From: an uncultured Chloroflexia bacterium
GTDB lineage: Bacteria > Chloroflexota > Limnocylindria > Limnocylindrales > CSP1-4
DNA: 64,000 nucleotides
Assembly: GCA_963755115.1 (NCBI GenBank)
Contig: CAVWIK010000002.1
Span: forward strand, 1,732,656-1,796,655
Direction: 5' to 3'
The stretch's first letter is position 1. Each line of letters starts with the position of its first letter. Shown here in pieces: positions 38,314-49,204 of the stretch. A program made the position numbers and the translations under genes. The notes below the pieces were generated by a model. The model was not told the DNA's origin. It worked only from the letters and a program-made list of their open reading frames with translations, and ran no database searches.

Positions 38314-39111
38314 TCAACCCCGGCGGGCGCGGACCGCCCAGGCGCGAGCCTCGAGGTGGATCGAGCCATCCGGCTCCGCGGCGATGGATCGGCGGAGCTG
38401 CTCCCGGATCGCGTCGCGATGCGCGTCCTGCAGCGTGGAAACATACCCCGGGGCCCCACCGGTACCGCCGAGGAAGGGGAGCCACAGGTCGTCGAAGTCG
38501 GCGAAGACCGTCGGGATCGCGATCGAACGCCCCTCGACGGCGACGAATCCGGCCGCTCGAACGGACTCCTCGAGCTGCCCGGCGGCCGTGATGCCCTGCT
38601 GCGCGCCCTGATCCAGCGTGGCCGCGGCGGGATCGACGGCGATGGCCGCGTCCCAGAACTGGCGGATGAACCCCATGCCACGGGCGTAATCCCAGACGTA
38701 GGTGCCCACCACGCCTCCCGGCGCGAGCACGCGCCGCCATTCGGCGAGCGCCGCACCGACGTCGGGGACGAAGTTCAAGACGAGGCCAGCGACGACGACG
38801 TCGGCCGTGCCATCGGGTAACCCGGTGTCCGCCGCGGATCCCAGCCGGAACGCCGCACGCGGATCCGTGAGTTCCGCCGAGGCGCGGGCGATGAACGCTT
38901 CCACCGGATCGACGCCGATGACCGAGGCCGGGGCAGATCGGTTCAGGATCGCCTGGGTCAGGGCACCCGTCCCGCATCCGACGTCGAGCCAACGCTGCCC
39001 GGGCGGCACCTCGAGCCAAGCCACGAACAGGTCGGCGACTCGCCGGCTCCAGCGTCCGATGTAGCGCTCGTAGGCGTCGCTCCCGGCCGATCGATCGTAG
39101 CCCGCTGGCAA
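38314..39111 (-). CDS. class I SAM-dependent methyltransferase
   Basis: Motif I WLDVGCGTGALT plus VVAGLVLNFVPD. The start is uncertain (TTG 39111 proposed). It is in frame with the long 907-aa read-through ORF. Confidence 0.7.
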   Translation of the reverse strand: MPAGYDRSAGSDAYERYIGRWSRRVADLFVAWLEVPPGQRWLDVGCGTGALTQAILNRSAPASVIGVDPVEAFIARASAELTDPRAAFRLGSAADTGLPDGTADVVVAGLVLNFVPDVGAALAEWRRVLAPGGVVGTYVWDYARGMGFIRQFWDAAIAVDPAAATLDQGAQQGITAAGQLEESVRAAGFVAVEGRSIAIPTVFADFDDLWLPFLGGTGGAPGYVSTLQDAHRDAIREQLRRSIAAEPDGSIHLEARAWAVRARRG

Positions 39112-39155
39112 TCGCGTCTCCCGTCTCAGTCGGAGGACTCCGGGTCCCCGAAGTC

Positions 39156-39795
39156 CTACCCGGATCGTGGGCGCAGCAGGCCACGTTCGTACGCCACCGC
39201 CACGGCCGCGGCCCGGTCGCCGACGTCGAGCTTGGCGTAGATGTGGAGGAGGTGGGTCTTGACCGTCGCCTCGGAGATGAAAAGGCGGGTCGCGGCCCCG
39301 CGATTGGTCTCGCCCTGGGCGATGAGCGTCAGGACCTCCAGCTCGCGCTCGCTCAGCTGTTCCTGGGCGGGACTGCGCAGGTCGGTGACGAGGCGGGTCA
39401 CCACCGATGGCGCGAGGACCGCCTCGCCGCGGGCCGCCGCGCGGATGGCTCGCAGCAGCTCCGGCCGTGGCGTGTCCTTGAGCAGGTAGCCCGTCGCGCC
39501 GGCCCCGAGCGCGGGGAGCACGTCCCGGTCGCTGTCGTACGTCGTCAGCACGAGCACCCGGGCCGCCGACCCGCGCTGCGCCAGGGTCTGGATCGCCTCG
39601 AGGCCGCCGACGCCGGGCATCCGCAGGTCCATCAGGACGACGTCCGGGCGCGAGCGTGTCCACGAGCGCGAGCGCCTCGGCGCCGTCGCCGGCCTCGCCC
39701 ACGACCTCGAAGTCCGGCTCCGCGGTCAGCATGCCCCGGAGCCCGTCGCGGACGATGGGGTGATCGTCCGCGATCAGCACGCGGATGGGGCTCAC
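39156..39795 (-). pseudogene. NarL/LuxR-family response regulator, frame break near 39643-39648
   Basis: GTG 39795 gives VSPIRVLIADDHPIVRDGLRGML...LVDTLAP. The frame then shifts to DVVLMDLRMPGVGGLEAI...LSERELEVLTLIAQGETN (ORF 39156-39632). Confidence 0.75.
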
Positions 39796-41037
39796 GGTGT
39801 CGTCGCCGCGGACGGATCGATCGCGATGGCGGGGACGCGGGCGGAGATCGCCGTCCCGTGGCCCGGCTCCGATTCGATGGCGAGCGAGCCCGCCACCCGG
39901 GCCACGCGCTGGCGCATGCCGTGGAGGCCGAACCCGGCGCCCGACGCGTCGGCGGGGCGCCCGACGTCGAACCCGACCCCGTCGTCGTGCACGTCGAGGG
40001 CGACCTCGTCGCCCATGTACGAGAGCGTGATGCGGGCGCGGCCCGCCTGGGCGTGCTTGGCGACGTTCGCGAGCGCCTCCTGGGCCGTCCGCAGCAGGGT
40101 GACCTCGATCTCCGGGTCGAGCGTGATGGCGTCGCCGGTGACCGTGACCTCGGCCGGGACCGCCGTCCGTTCGGACCACTCGCGCGCGACCTCGCGGAGC
40201 GCATCGGGGAGCGTCGCGGCCTCGAGCGGCGCGGGCAGCGCGCCCTCCACGGACCGGCGCGCCTCGCTCAGGCTCTCGCGGGCCAGCTTCTCGGCGTTCG
40301 CGAGGTGCCGGTCGTGCTCGTCGGGTCGGTCGTGTCGCGTGGCGGGCCGCCTCGAGCTGGGTGATGACGCCGGTGAGGCCCTGGGCGATGGTGTCGTGGA
40401 TCTCGGCCGCCATCCGCTGGCGCTCCTCCAGCACCCCGGCCTCCCGCGCCTGCGCCAGCAGCTGGGCATGGAGGCCCTGGTTCTCGGCCAGCGCCTGCTC
40501 GAGTCGCGTGACCGTCTCCCGACGCGCCTCGTTCTGCTCGGCGACCCGCTCGCTGTAGAACGTGCCGGCGCTGATGACCGCGGTCTGCACCACGATGATC
40601 ACGAACCAGAACGTCCATCCTGTGGCCGTCACCGGGAGTCCCGCGAGCAGCGAGTTCACGAGGATGGAGGTCACCGCGATGGCCGCGACGGCCACCGCGA
40701 ACGGGCGGAGCACGGTGGCGTAGAAGAAGCCACTGATCATGAAGATGAAGAAGAGCGGCTGCCGGAGCATCAGGATCGAGGCGAGGATCACCACGCCGAT
40801 CCAGAACACCAGCAGCCGGGCCTGGTGGTCCCGGCGGGGGAGCGGCAGCCGCGTGTATCCGACGTAGATCCACGCGGCCGCCACGAGCGCGATGGCCAGC
40901 GTCGTCAGCCGCCAGGCCGGGTCCGGATCGCCCAGCACGACGCCGAGGATCGTCCCGGCCGCCAGGAGCGCGTACCCGCCGATGCTGAGCATCGCGTCGG
41001 AGAGCCCGTCCCACGATCGATCCCGGAAGACTCGCAT
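39792..41037 (-). pseudogene. sensor histidine kinase (HisKA_3 type), frame break near 40325-40345
   Basis: N-terminal TM helices and the H-box ERQRMAAEIHDTIAQGL are in the 41037 frame. The HATPase part (...LLRTAQEALANVAKHA...GFGLHGMRQR) is in ORF 39792-40469. Confidence 0.75.
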
Positions 41038-41081
41038 CGCCGCACGCTACTCCAAGCCGGCCCGTCCGCGCACCCGCCCGC

Positions 41082-41816
41082 TCACTCCCAGCGGAACGCG
41101 CGCGCCGCGAGCGCGCCACCGACGACGGTGAGGATGGCCATGACGACCAGGGGCGCGAGCTGCGGGCCGTTGCCCACCCACGCGTCCTGCAGGCCCGCGA
41201 CACCAGGCGGGGTGTACTCGCCGATGCGGACCAGGATGTCGGGCAGGGCAGCGCGCGGGACGTAGACGCCGCCCAGGAACATCACCGCGAAGAACATCGG
41301 GATCGCCACGGCCGTCGCCACGCGGGCGGACGGCGCGACGGCCGCGAGGACCAGGCCGACGACGAACAACGAGGACGTGCCCAGCGCGACCGCGGCGACG
41401 TAGCCGACGGGGTCGTGCGGGAGCGGGACATCGAAGACGACGCGGGCCACGACCATCAACAGGACGAGCGCGATGAGCGCCGTGACGAGGTACGTGACGA
41501 GCTGCGCGAACAGGAGGCGCATCGGGTCGGCCGGCGTGGTCGACAGCCGCCGCAGGACGCCCTTCTCGCGATAGGTCGCGAGCCGGATGGGGAGCGTCTG
41601 GATGCCCAGGGTCCCCACGGTGATGACCACGAGCGACGGGACGAAGACGTCGATGAAGCGCAGGCCGCCGAGGCCAGCGTCCGGTCCTGCCGTCGAGAAG
41701 ATCGTCCCGAAGATCAGGAGGATGGCGGTGGGGAGGGCGATCGCCGCCAGCCACGAGACGGGCTCGCGGAACAGCAGCTTCGCCTCGGTGCGGATGAGCG
41801 CGAGCGTTTCGTTCAT
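41082..41816 (-). CDS. ABC-2 type transporter permease
   Basis: 244 aa with six hydrophobic helices. ATGA overlap with the upstream ATPase gene. Confidence 0.8.
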   Translation of the reverse strand: MNETLALIRTEAKLLFREPVSWLAAIALPTAILLIFGTIFSTAGPDAGLGGLRFIDVFVPSLVVITVGTLGIQTLPIRLATYREKGVLRRLSTTPADPMRLLFAQLVTYLVTALIALVLLMVVARVVFDVPLPHDPVGYVAAVALGTSSLFVVGLVLAAVAPSARVATAVAIPMFFAVMFLGGVYVPRAALPDILVRIGEYTPPGVAGLQDAWVGNGPQLAPLVVMAILTVVGGALAARAFRWE

Positions 41817-42740
41817 GACAGCTCTCCTGAAGGTGCGGCCGCCGGGCGGCCAGTGAGGGCGATGAAGGCGTCGTCGAGGGTGGCCTGGTCGATGCGCAGG
41901 TCCCTCGCCACGATCCCGTTGCGGGCCAGGACCGCAGTCACGGCGGCCAGCAGGTCGCCACGGCCGGTCACCACGACCGTCGGCCCGGACCGCTCGATGC
42001 GGCGGACCTCGGGCAGGCCGGCGAGCAGCCCGTCGTCGAGCTCGACCGACGGCCGGAAGCGGACGCGCTGCTCGGGGTCGGCTCGGGCGACGATGCCGGC
42101 CGGCGTGTCGATCGCGACGACCTGGCCGTCGCGGATCACGGCGACCCGATCGGCGAGGTGCTCGGCCTCCTCCATGAGGTGGGTCACGAGCAGGACGGTC
42201 ACGCCCTGGTCACGCATCGACTCGATGACGCGCCACGTCTCGCGGCGCGCGTGCGGGTCGAGGCCCGTCGAGAGCTCGTCGAGGATGGCGACCCGCGGCC
42301 GCCCGACGAGCGCGAGGGCGATCGAGAGCCGCTGCTTCTGACCGCCCGACAGGTTGCGGTACGCGGTGTCGCGACGGTCGGCGAGGTCGAGGTCGTCGAG
42401 CAGGCGGTTGGTGTCGGCCGGCGCGGCGTAGAACGACGCGAACAGCTCGAGCGCCTCGCGCGGCGTCATCCGCTCGGGGAGCTCGCTCTCCTGGAGCTGC
42501 ACCCCCACGAGGCGTCCGCAGCCGATCGCGGTCGTCGCGCGGGTCGTACCCGAGGACGCGGATCGTGCCGCCGTCCGGCGTCCGGAGACCGGCGATCGAC
42601 TCGACGGTGGTCGTCTTGCCGGCGCCGTTGGGTCCCAGGATCCCGAAGATCTCGCCTTCCTCGACGGTGAACGAGACGCCGTCCACGACGAGGCGGCTGC
42701 CGTAGCGCTTCTGGAGGTCGGTGACTTCGATGACGTTCAT
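41813..42740 (-). pseudogene. ABC transporter ATP-binding protein, frame break near 42505-42530
   Basis: [14 protein letters not shown]...[13 protein letters not shown] is in one frame. [33 protein letters not shown] is in ORF 41813-42508. Confidence 0.75.
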
Positions 42741-42916
42741 GCGGCGTGGCCTCCGATGTCGATCCGGTCGGTCCGGCGCCACGGATCGCCGGGCAGGTTC
42801 ACCCGGTAGAGGGGGAGCGACCCGGCACGGATAGTCCGAAGATCGGCCGCACGCGGATCGCTGTTGGTCGTGGTGACGCGCTTGGCGTCGGTGAGGCTGT
42901 CCATGCCCTGCAGCAT
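42737..42916 (-). CDS. small hypothetical ORF translationally coupled to the ABC ATPase
   Basis: 59-aa [62 protein letters not shown]. High third-position G+C by my count. Its stop overlaps ATG 42740 as ATGA. No recognised domain. Confidence 0.35.
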   Translation of the reverse strand: MLQGMDSLTDAKRVTTTNSDPRAADLRTIRAGSLPLYRVNLPGDPWRRTDRIDIGGHAA

Positions 42917-43101
42917 CGGTCGCCGCGGGCCCCGCCCACATCGGACGATGCGCCAGTCTTGCGACCGCACTCGGTGGAGCGGCGTATCAACCGTTCGGTG
43001 GATGCCTGGGACGACCGGCTATGTCGCGCGCGAGCGCGTCGCTTTGTCACTCGTGGCGGATCGAACGACCCCTCCCTGACCAGCTTGGGGCGACCCTGAT
43101 C

Positions 43102-44088
43102 TCAGAGGCTTCCCGAGAAGGAACCGAACGTCAGCGTCCCGAGCGTCACGGGTTGCGGTGCTGCCGTCCCGCTCGGTCGTGGCGTCTCGATCGACAGGCG
43201 AAGACCCGCCACGATGTCCTTGAGGGCCGTCGTGAGAAAGCCGTTCACGGTCGGGTCGGCATCGGCCACACTCCCCGCCATCGCCGCGGCCACCACAGCG
43301 TTCGCCACGCTCGAGTCGACGCCGTCGGTTGCGGCAGCGATCATGACCAAGGCGCAGGCGATGGCCAGGACCAACTGCAGCTCCGCCGCCACCTTTTCCC
43401 CCTTGATCTTGGCCTCGGCAGCGCGGATCGCTTTGCCTGCCGCGGCTTGCGTCTCGTCGCTGAGCTTCGGCTTGGTCGAGATGGTCAGATCGACCCGTGG
43501 GCCGACGGTCGACTGGACGCCGATGGCGATCGGCGTGCCGGCGGGGATCGATGCGGTACCCGTCTTGACGGTTCCGGACACCTTGACCGTGAACACCCCG
43601 CGGATGACGTCGCCGTCGAACACGAGCCCGCCTACGAGCTGTCCTGATGGCACACCTGGCTCGCGTACGAGTCGGGCCCCTGGCGGGGCGGCCGGGAGCG
43701 ACACTGTGCCGTCGTAGCCGGCGATGCCCGAGATCGTCGCGTCGAACGTCGTCGCCGTGGCAGGGCCCGCGAGATGCCCACCCTTCGCATCGCTGAGGTC
43801 GAGTCTGCCGTCCTGCGATGTCCCGGAGAACCACCGCGATCCTGCGGCCGGGTCACACAGATAGGCGACCGCCTCCCCAGCCTTCGTGCCGACGAAGAGG
43901 ACCCCATCGGTGCCGACACGACTGACATAGCGGGCGTCGAACACGCCATCACCCTCGAGCGCCAGCCGGCTCATCAGCGATGCCTGCCCCGCGCTCGGTG
44001 GCGCACTGGCACCCTGACCCGAGCAGGCGGCGAGGATCGCGCTCAGCAGCAGGGCAACGAGAGTCGGGATCCGCCGTTCCGTTGTCAC
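43102..44088 (-). CDS. putative lipoprotein, unknown function
   Basis: Starts [22 protein letters not shown] (lipobox). One hydrophobic segment lies near the C-terminal third. No recognisable domain. Confidence 0.55.
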   Translation of the reverse strand: MTTERRIPTLVALLLSAILAACSGQGASAPPSAGQASLMSRLALEGDGVFDARYVSRVGTDGVLFVGTKAGEAVAYLCDPAAGSRWFSGTSQDGRLDLSDAKGGHLAGPATATTFDATISGIAGYDGTVSLPAAPPGARLVREPGVPSGQLVGGLVFDGDVIRGVFTVKVSGTVKTGTASIPAGTPIAIGVQSTVGPRVDLTISTKPKLSDETQAAAGKAIRAAEAKIKGEKVAAELQLVLAIACALVMIAAATDGVDSSVANAVVAAAMAGSVADADPTVNGFLTTALKDIVAGLRLSIETPRPSGTAAPQPVTLGTLTFGSFSGSL

Positions 44089-44240
44089 GCATCGACACTC
44101 CTCAGCGACGTCGACAGCCTTGCGCGGGCAGTGTCGGGCAGGGTACCTGCGCGGCGATCGCGAAACCTGTCACATGAACGGGAACTGGCACGAGGTCGGT
44201 CCTGACCGACACGACCGGTCCGATCGGCTAGGCTCCCGGC

Positions 44241-45631
44241 ATGTCCGCGACACCCAGTCAACGTCGACGAGCTCCGGCGCTCGTTCGCCGGCGAGATCGT
44301 CATGCCCGACGCCAGCGGGTACGACGACGCCCGGCGCGTCTGGAACGCGGTGTATCGACCGCCGGCCGGCCCTGATCGTCCGGCCGACGAGCGTCCCGGA
44401 CGTCGCCACGGCCATCCGGTTCGGCCGGGACCGTGACCTCGAGATCGCCGTGCGCGGCGGCGGTCACAGCGCGGTCGGGCATTCGACGACCGACGGCGGC
44501 CTGGTCATCGACATGGGGCGGATGAACGAGGTCAGCGTGGACGCCGCGCGGCGGCTCGCCCGCTGTGGCGGCGGGGCGCTGCTGGGCCAGCTCGACGTCG
44601 CGGCGCCAGGAGCACGGTCTCGTCTGCCCGGTGGGGGTCGTCGGGCATACCGGCGTCGCCGGGCTGACGCTCGGTGGCGGCGTCGGGCGGCTCCAGCGAC
44701 GGTTCGGGCTGACGATCGACAGCCTGCGCGCGGTCGAGCTGGTGACCGCCGACGGACGCACCGTGCGCGCGAGCGCAGACGAGGAGCCTGAGCTCTTCTG
44801 GGGCCTCCGCGGGGCGGGCGCGAACTTCGGCGTCGCGACGAGCCTCGAGCTCGAGCTGCATCCGTTCGCGGGGACGCTCCACCGCGGCGTCCATATCCAC
44901 CCGGCGACCGACATCCATGAGCTCTGGCCGGTCTTCCGCGAGTTCGTGGCGACCGCGCCGGACACGATCGCTGCGATCTTCACCGTCGCCCGCACCGACA
45001 CGGCGGAGGACTACCCCGGCGCGGTCGTCGGGGCGCCGATCGTCGTCATCTCGTACAACGACAGTGGGGCAGGGGAGGACGTCGAGCGCGACATCGCGCC
45101 CCTGCTTCGAGGGCCCGAAGCCGGTCTCGATGACCGCCACGAGCGAGCCGTACCTCAGCGTCCAGGGTTCGAGCGACCTCGCGCTCGCCTGGGGCTCGCG
45201 GAGCGCGATCCTCGGCGGCTACGTCGCGGACTGCTCGCCGGCGGTGCTCGACGCGTTCGTCGCCCATGTGGAGCACGTCCCGGGCGACAGCAGCATCTCG
45301 GTGACCGCGCTCGGTGGCGCGATCGGCCGCGTCCCGGACGACGCGCGGCGTTCACCGGCCGGTCGGCGCCGTTCGACGTGAGCCCCGACTCGGCCTGGTC
45401 AGACCCCGCCCTCGACGAGGAGAACGCGGCGTGGGTGCGCCGGCGATGGCCATCGTCGAGCCCGACCTGCTGCCGGGCCGCTACATCAACGAGCTCTCGG
45501 ACGCCGGGCCGGAGGTGACGCAGGCGGCCTACGGCGATGCCAAGCTCGAACGCCTGCGCGCGCTCAAGCGAGCCTGGGACCCGACGAACGTCTTCCGCCT
45601 GAACCACAACGTCGAGCCGTCCATCACCTAG
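44241..45631 (+). pseudogene. FAD-binding oxidoreductase with BBE (berberine-bridge-like) C-terminal domain, about 5-6 frame breaks
   Basis: Homology runs across three frames. The segments in order are [56 protein letters not shown]...[44 protein letters not shown]..., AFTGRSAPFDV and YINELSD...LKRAWDPTNVFRLNHNVEP. Confidence 0.7.
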
Positions 45632-45665
45632 GCCGACGAACGGCGGGTGCGGCCGCTGCGCAGGC

Positions 45666-46268
45666 TCAGACGGCCGGTCCGAAGATGGCGCGGCCGTTCG
45701 GTCGGAAGGTCTGGACCATCACCCCGCTCGAGGTCGACCACGAGTCGACCAGCTTGAGGTCGTGCGTCTCGCCGTGCTCCGGGAAGAGCCGCATGCCGTC
45801 GCCCACGATGACCGGGGTGATGCGGAGGGTGAGCTCGTCCACCAGGTCGCGCTCGAGCAGCCAGCGGAGCAGCACGCCGCTGCCGTGGACCTGGAGCTCG
45901 CGGCCGGGCGCCGCCTTGAGCTCGCGGATCGCCGCCTCCACGTCACCGTCGAGGACGTGGGTGTTCTGCCACGTCGGATCCTTGAGCGTGGTCGAGGGCA
46001 CGTACTTGGGCAGGACGTTGATGGTGTGGCCGAACCCATCGTCATCGTGGTTCGGCCAGTACGGCTCCCAGATCTCCCAGGTCTTGCGACCGAGGAGCAG
46101 CGCATCGGCGCGCCCGAACAGCTCGGTCAGGAACGGGCCCATCTGCTCGTCGGCGTGCGACGCCGTCCAGCCGCCGCGCTCGAACCCGCCGCGTCGGTCC
46201 TCGTCGGGGCCGCCGGGCCCCTGGTACACGCCATCCAGGGTCAGCATCATCGATGCGATCAGTTTCAT
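45666..46268 (-). CDS. dihydrofolate reductase-family (RibD C-terminal domain) protein
   Basis: Starts MKLIASMMLTLDGVYQGP and contains LLLGRKTWE and LQVHGSGVLLRWLLERDLVDELTLRITPVIVGDG. Intact. Confidence 0.8.
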   Translation of the reverse strand: MKLIASMMLTLDGVYQGPGGPDEDRRGGFERGGWTASHADEQMGPFLTELFGRADALLLGRKTWEIWEPYWPNHDDDGFGHTINVLPKYVPSTTLKDPTWQNTHVLDGDVEAAIRELKAAPGRELQVHGSGVLLRWLLERDLVDELTLRITPVIVGDGMRLFPEHGETHDLKLVDSWSTSSGVMVQTFRPNGRAIFGPAV

Positions 46269-46295
46269 GGGCGTTGCTCCCTCATTCGATGCTCG

Positions 46296-46673
46296 TCATG
46301 CATGGAGACGACCGCCGGGCCATGGACTCGACACCGACAGGAGCGGCCTGAACGTCCGGACCGGGCTGTCGGCAAGGCCCGCCGCGAGGGCCGCATTCGG
46401 CTCCCCGAGGACCTCGCCCTCGACGGTACCCGTCTTGAGGACCGGCCCCGTGATCTCGGCCATATGGGCGCCGTGCTCGATGAGCGCATCGGAGTCCCGG
46501 TACCGCTCGATGACGATGGCCTCGGACCGATCGTCGTTGACGTAGACGTCGTACTGGAGCGTGCCGGTGTCCTTGGCTCGGACGACCTCCATGGCCTGCT
46601 CCGACAGGCGTTCGAACTCCTCGAACCCGCCCTCGTGGAACGTGAACCGGGCGATCCCCAGGATCTTACCCAT
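46296..46673 (-). CDS. ABM (antibiotic-biosynthesis-monooxygenase-like) domain protein
   Basis: Contains GIARFTFHEGGFEEFERLSEQ and VIERYRDSDALIEHGAH. The C-terminal ~20 aa are uncertain. Confidence 0.6.
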   Translation of the reverse strand: MGKILGIARFTFHEGGFEEFERLSEQAMEVVRAKDTGTLQYDVYVNDDRSEAIVIERYRDSDALIEHGAHMAEITGPVLKTGTVEGEVLGEPNAALAAGLADSPVRTFRPLLSVSSPWPGGRLHA

Positions 46674-46722
46674 GCCTGCAGCCTCCAGACATTCGTGGCG
46701 ATGGTTCTCTGCACGCTCCCGC

Positions 46723-47245
46723 TCACGCCGAGAAGCGCCACTTCGTGGCTCCGTGCGGCTCCGTCGGTCGCGACGCCGAAGACGGTGTCGAACCCCATCC
46801 GGTAGACCCGCCAGGGCGGCGGCCCGGCGCTCGGCGCGCTGTACGGGGCCGTCAGGGCATCGCCGTCGACCTCCACCGGCCAGCCGTCGTCGTGGTATCG
46901 CTTCGCGACGACGCCGAGGGCCGTCCGATCCGTCACCCGAGTGACGTCGCCCTCGAACACCAGATCGATGCCGTCGAGCGAGACCGAGAGGCTCGCTGCC
47001 GGGTTCTCGGCCAGATTCCTGGACTTGCGGGTGCCAGGTCCGCTCGTGAAGTACAGCTCGCCGTCATGCCAGAGCGCACCCACGCCGGCGGCGTGCGGGA
47101 CGCCATAGGGCGTCGCCGTGGCCAGGAACCACGTGTCCATCGCCTTGCCGGTCGCATCGAGCACGGATTGCGCCCGCGACCAGGGCAGCGGCTCGTGCCC
47201 GTATCGGTCGAGGTTGGTCGTCTCGACGGGTCGTCTCTCGGTCAT
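46723..47245 (-). pseudogene. pyridoxamine 5'-phosphate oxidase-family protein, frame break near 46765-46775
   Basis: MTERRPVETTNLDRYGHEPLPWS...FLATATPYGVPHAAGVGALWHDGELYFTSGP. The family-typical ending TEPHGATKWRFSA-stop appears only after a +1 shift. The as-sequenced ORF instead reads through to 46265. Confidence 0.7.
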
Positions 47246-47364
47246 GGTGGTGCCACCTCCCCAAAGCGGAGGGATGACAGCGGGGACGGTGTCGCCCGAC
47301 CCCGGAGCCCTGGATGCGGAGCCTTCCAACCCGTATCAGGCGTCCGCCGAGGCCGGGAGCGAGG

Positions 47365-47780
47365 TCAGTCGAGCGGCGTCAGCCGGGCGATCGGGATGAT
47401 CCGGTCGGTCTTCGAGGGGTATTCGGCGAACTGCGGATGTTCCGCCACGTGCCCGGCCCACAGGGCGTCGCGGTCGGCTCCTTCCGCGACCGTCGCGCGG
47501 GCCTGGAACTTCCGGCCGTCGGCTTCGACCGTCACGATCGGGTTGGCGCGAGGTTCGTGAACCATGCCGGATCCTCAGGTTCACCGCTCTTCGACCCGAC
47601 GACGACGTAGGCCTCCCCGTCGCGAGAGAAGCTGACGACGGCCTCTCTCGGTTCGCCGCTCTTCGCCCCGGTCGTCGTGAGGACCATCACGGGGCGCCCT
47701 TCGAAGAAGCCGCTCGTCGGGCGGCCGTTGGCGCGGATGTCGGCGATCAGGTTCTTCGTCCAGTCGGCGTAGTCGGTCAT
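47365..47780 (-). pseudogene. nitroreductase-family deazaflavin-dependent oxidoreductase (DDN-like), frame break near 47546-47553
   Basis: MTDYADWTKNLIADIR...VLTTTGAKSGEPREAVVSFSRDGEAYVVVGSKSGEPEDPAWF is ORF 47532-47834. It joins to ANPIVTVEADGRKFQARATV...IIPIARLTPLD (ORF 47365-47565). Confidence 0.7.
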
Positions 47781-47857
47781 CTCGGGATCCTCGGGTTCAA
47801 CGGCGCGCTGCGGTTGCGTACGCAACCATCCCACAGAATGGCGGTCTGCGCCCGGAT

Positions 47858-48821
47858 CTACGGACCGGCCAGCTGCTCCACGAGCGGGCGCGATGGCGTC
47901 GGAGCCCGGGCTCGTCGAACCAGCCGACCATGTACGAGTTGATGCCCCAGCGCTGGCGGGTTCGGACGAGCTTGTCGACCAGGTCGGGGACCGTGCCGAT
48001 CAGCGAGTAGGGCGACTCGAGGACGTCCCGGGGCCGATCGGCGACGCCCGTCCGGGTCGCTGAGCTCGCGGGCCACCTCGGCGGCCACCTTGAGCTGGCG
48101 TGTCGGTGATCGTGATGTCGCCGACCAGGTCGGAGGACGCTGAGGTCGAGCTGCCCCCGAAGGGCGGTCGCCGGCCTCGTCCCGGACCCAACCGACCCGG
48201 ACGTCGGTCCGCGCCTCTGGAAGGCATCGAGGATCATCGCCCCGTCCTGGCGCAGGTCGAGCCCGACGATGTCGGCTTCCCGGGCCGCCAGCCGGACGAC
48301 ACGCTCGCGCGTCCCGCCGATGAGGAACGGCGGATGTGGCCGCTGGACCGGCTTCGGGCAAGCCGTCCATCCGCGGTGATCGTGTAGTACCCGCCCGAGA
48401 AGCTGAACGGGCCGTCTCGCGAACAGCCCGCGCAGGACCGCGACGGCCTCGGTCATCCGGTCGATCCTGAACCGGCCGGGTCGAACGGGAGTCCGGGCGC
48501 CGCGGTACTCCGGCTCGTGCCAGCCCGCCCCGATGCCCACCTCCGTGCGGCCGCCGCTGAGGATGTCGAGGCTGGCCAGCTCCTGGGCCAGGACGGCCGG
48601 GTGGCGCAGGTCGTTGTTGAACACGAGCGGGCAGGAGCCGGAGTCGCTCGGTCGCCATCGCCACGGCCGTGAGCAAGGGGGATAGGGGAGTGCTGCCGCC
48701 CGAGGTGGTCGTGGACGCACACGTGGCTGCACCCGATCCCCTCGGCCCACCGGGCGCGCTCGACAAGCGTCGGCGCGTCGACGGGATCGCGGGACCCGAT
48801 CATGAACCGGAACGGCCTCAC
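47858..48821 (-). pseudogene. LLM-class F420-dependent oxidoreductase, at least 5 frame breaks
   Basis: The segments are spread over all three minus frames. In order they are VRPFRFMIGSRDPVDAPTLVERARWAEGIGCSHVCVHDHL, LLTAVAMATERLR, PLVFNNDLRHPAVLAQELASLDILSGGRTEVGIGAGWHEPEY, KPVQRPHPPFLIGG, SPYSLIGTVPDLVDKL and PLVEQLAGP-stop. Confidence 0.6.
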
Positions 48822-49204
48822 GCCGGCATGATGCGCCGGAGCCACAACGTATGGTACTCGACCCCTCCCTCCGCAAGCCCGAGATCAGCCCCTCGCTAGA
48901 CTGGCCGCGTGTCGAGTCGTTGTTGGGCAGTCGTATCCGGCGCGGACGTCGCTCGACGGCGAAGTCAATCGTCCTCGTGCTCGAGGAAGATGGCTTCGAG
49001 GTGGCTTCTCCGTCACCGTGTACGACGCCGATGGGCGTTCCACAACCGAGACGGCCTGTTATGCCGCGCGGTCGCATGCCATCGACGGGGCCGCAGCTGA
49101 GCACGCTCCGGCCGATGTCGGTCCTTGGAGCCAGCTGCCCGATGACGTCCGAGACGCAGTGACCTACGCCACAAGGCAACGTCGTCGTTTCAGGTAGGCG
49201 ACTC

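Noticed and set aside
38314-41037. 907-aa single ORF
   Set aside because: It is a read-through artefact. It strings together a histidine kinase N-terminus, out-of-frame Arg/Pro-rich filler, a response-regulator N-terminus and a methyltransferase. The real products are three genes recovered by frame switching.
43030-43100. tRNA-like string tggcggatcgaacgacc (GATCGAAC resembles the reverse complement of a T-loop)
   Set aside because: The flanking bases do not form a T-stem or an acceptor stem, and no anticodon arm can be drawn. I found no tRNA elsewhere in the window.
48851-49200. Possible small antitoxin-like gene (…SIVLVLEEDGFEV… / …FSVTVYDADGRSTTE…VRDAVTYATRQRRRFR) upstream of the XRE remnant
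   Set aside because: The fragments are in different frames, have no convincing start and match no family I can name. The support is too weak to call.
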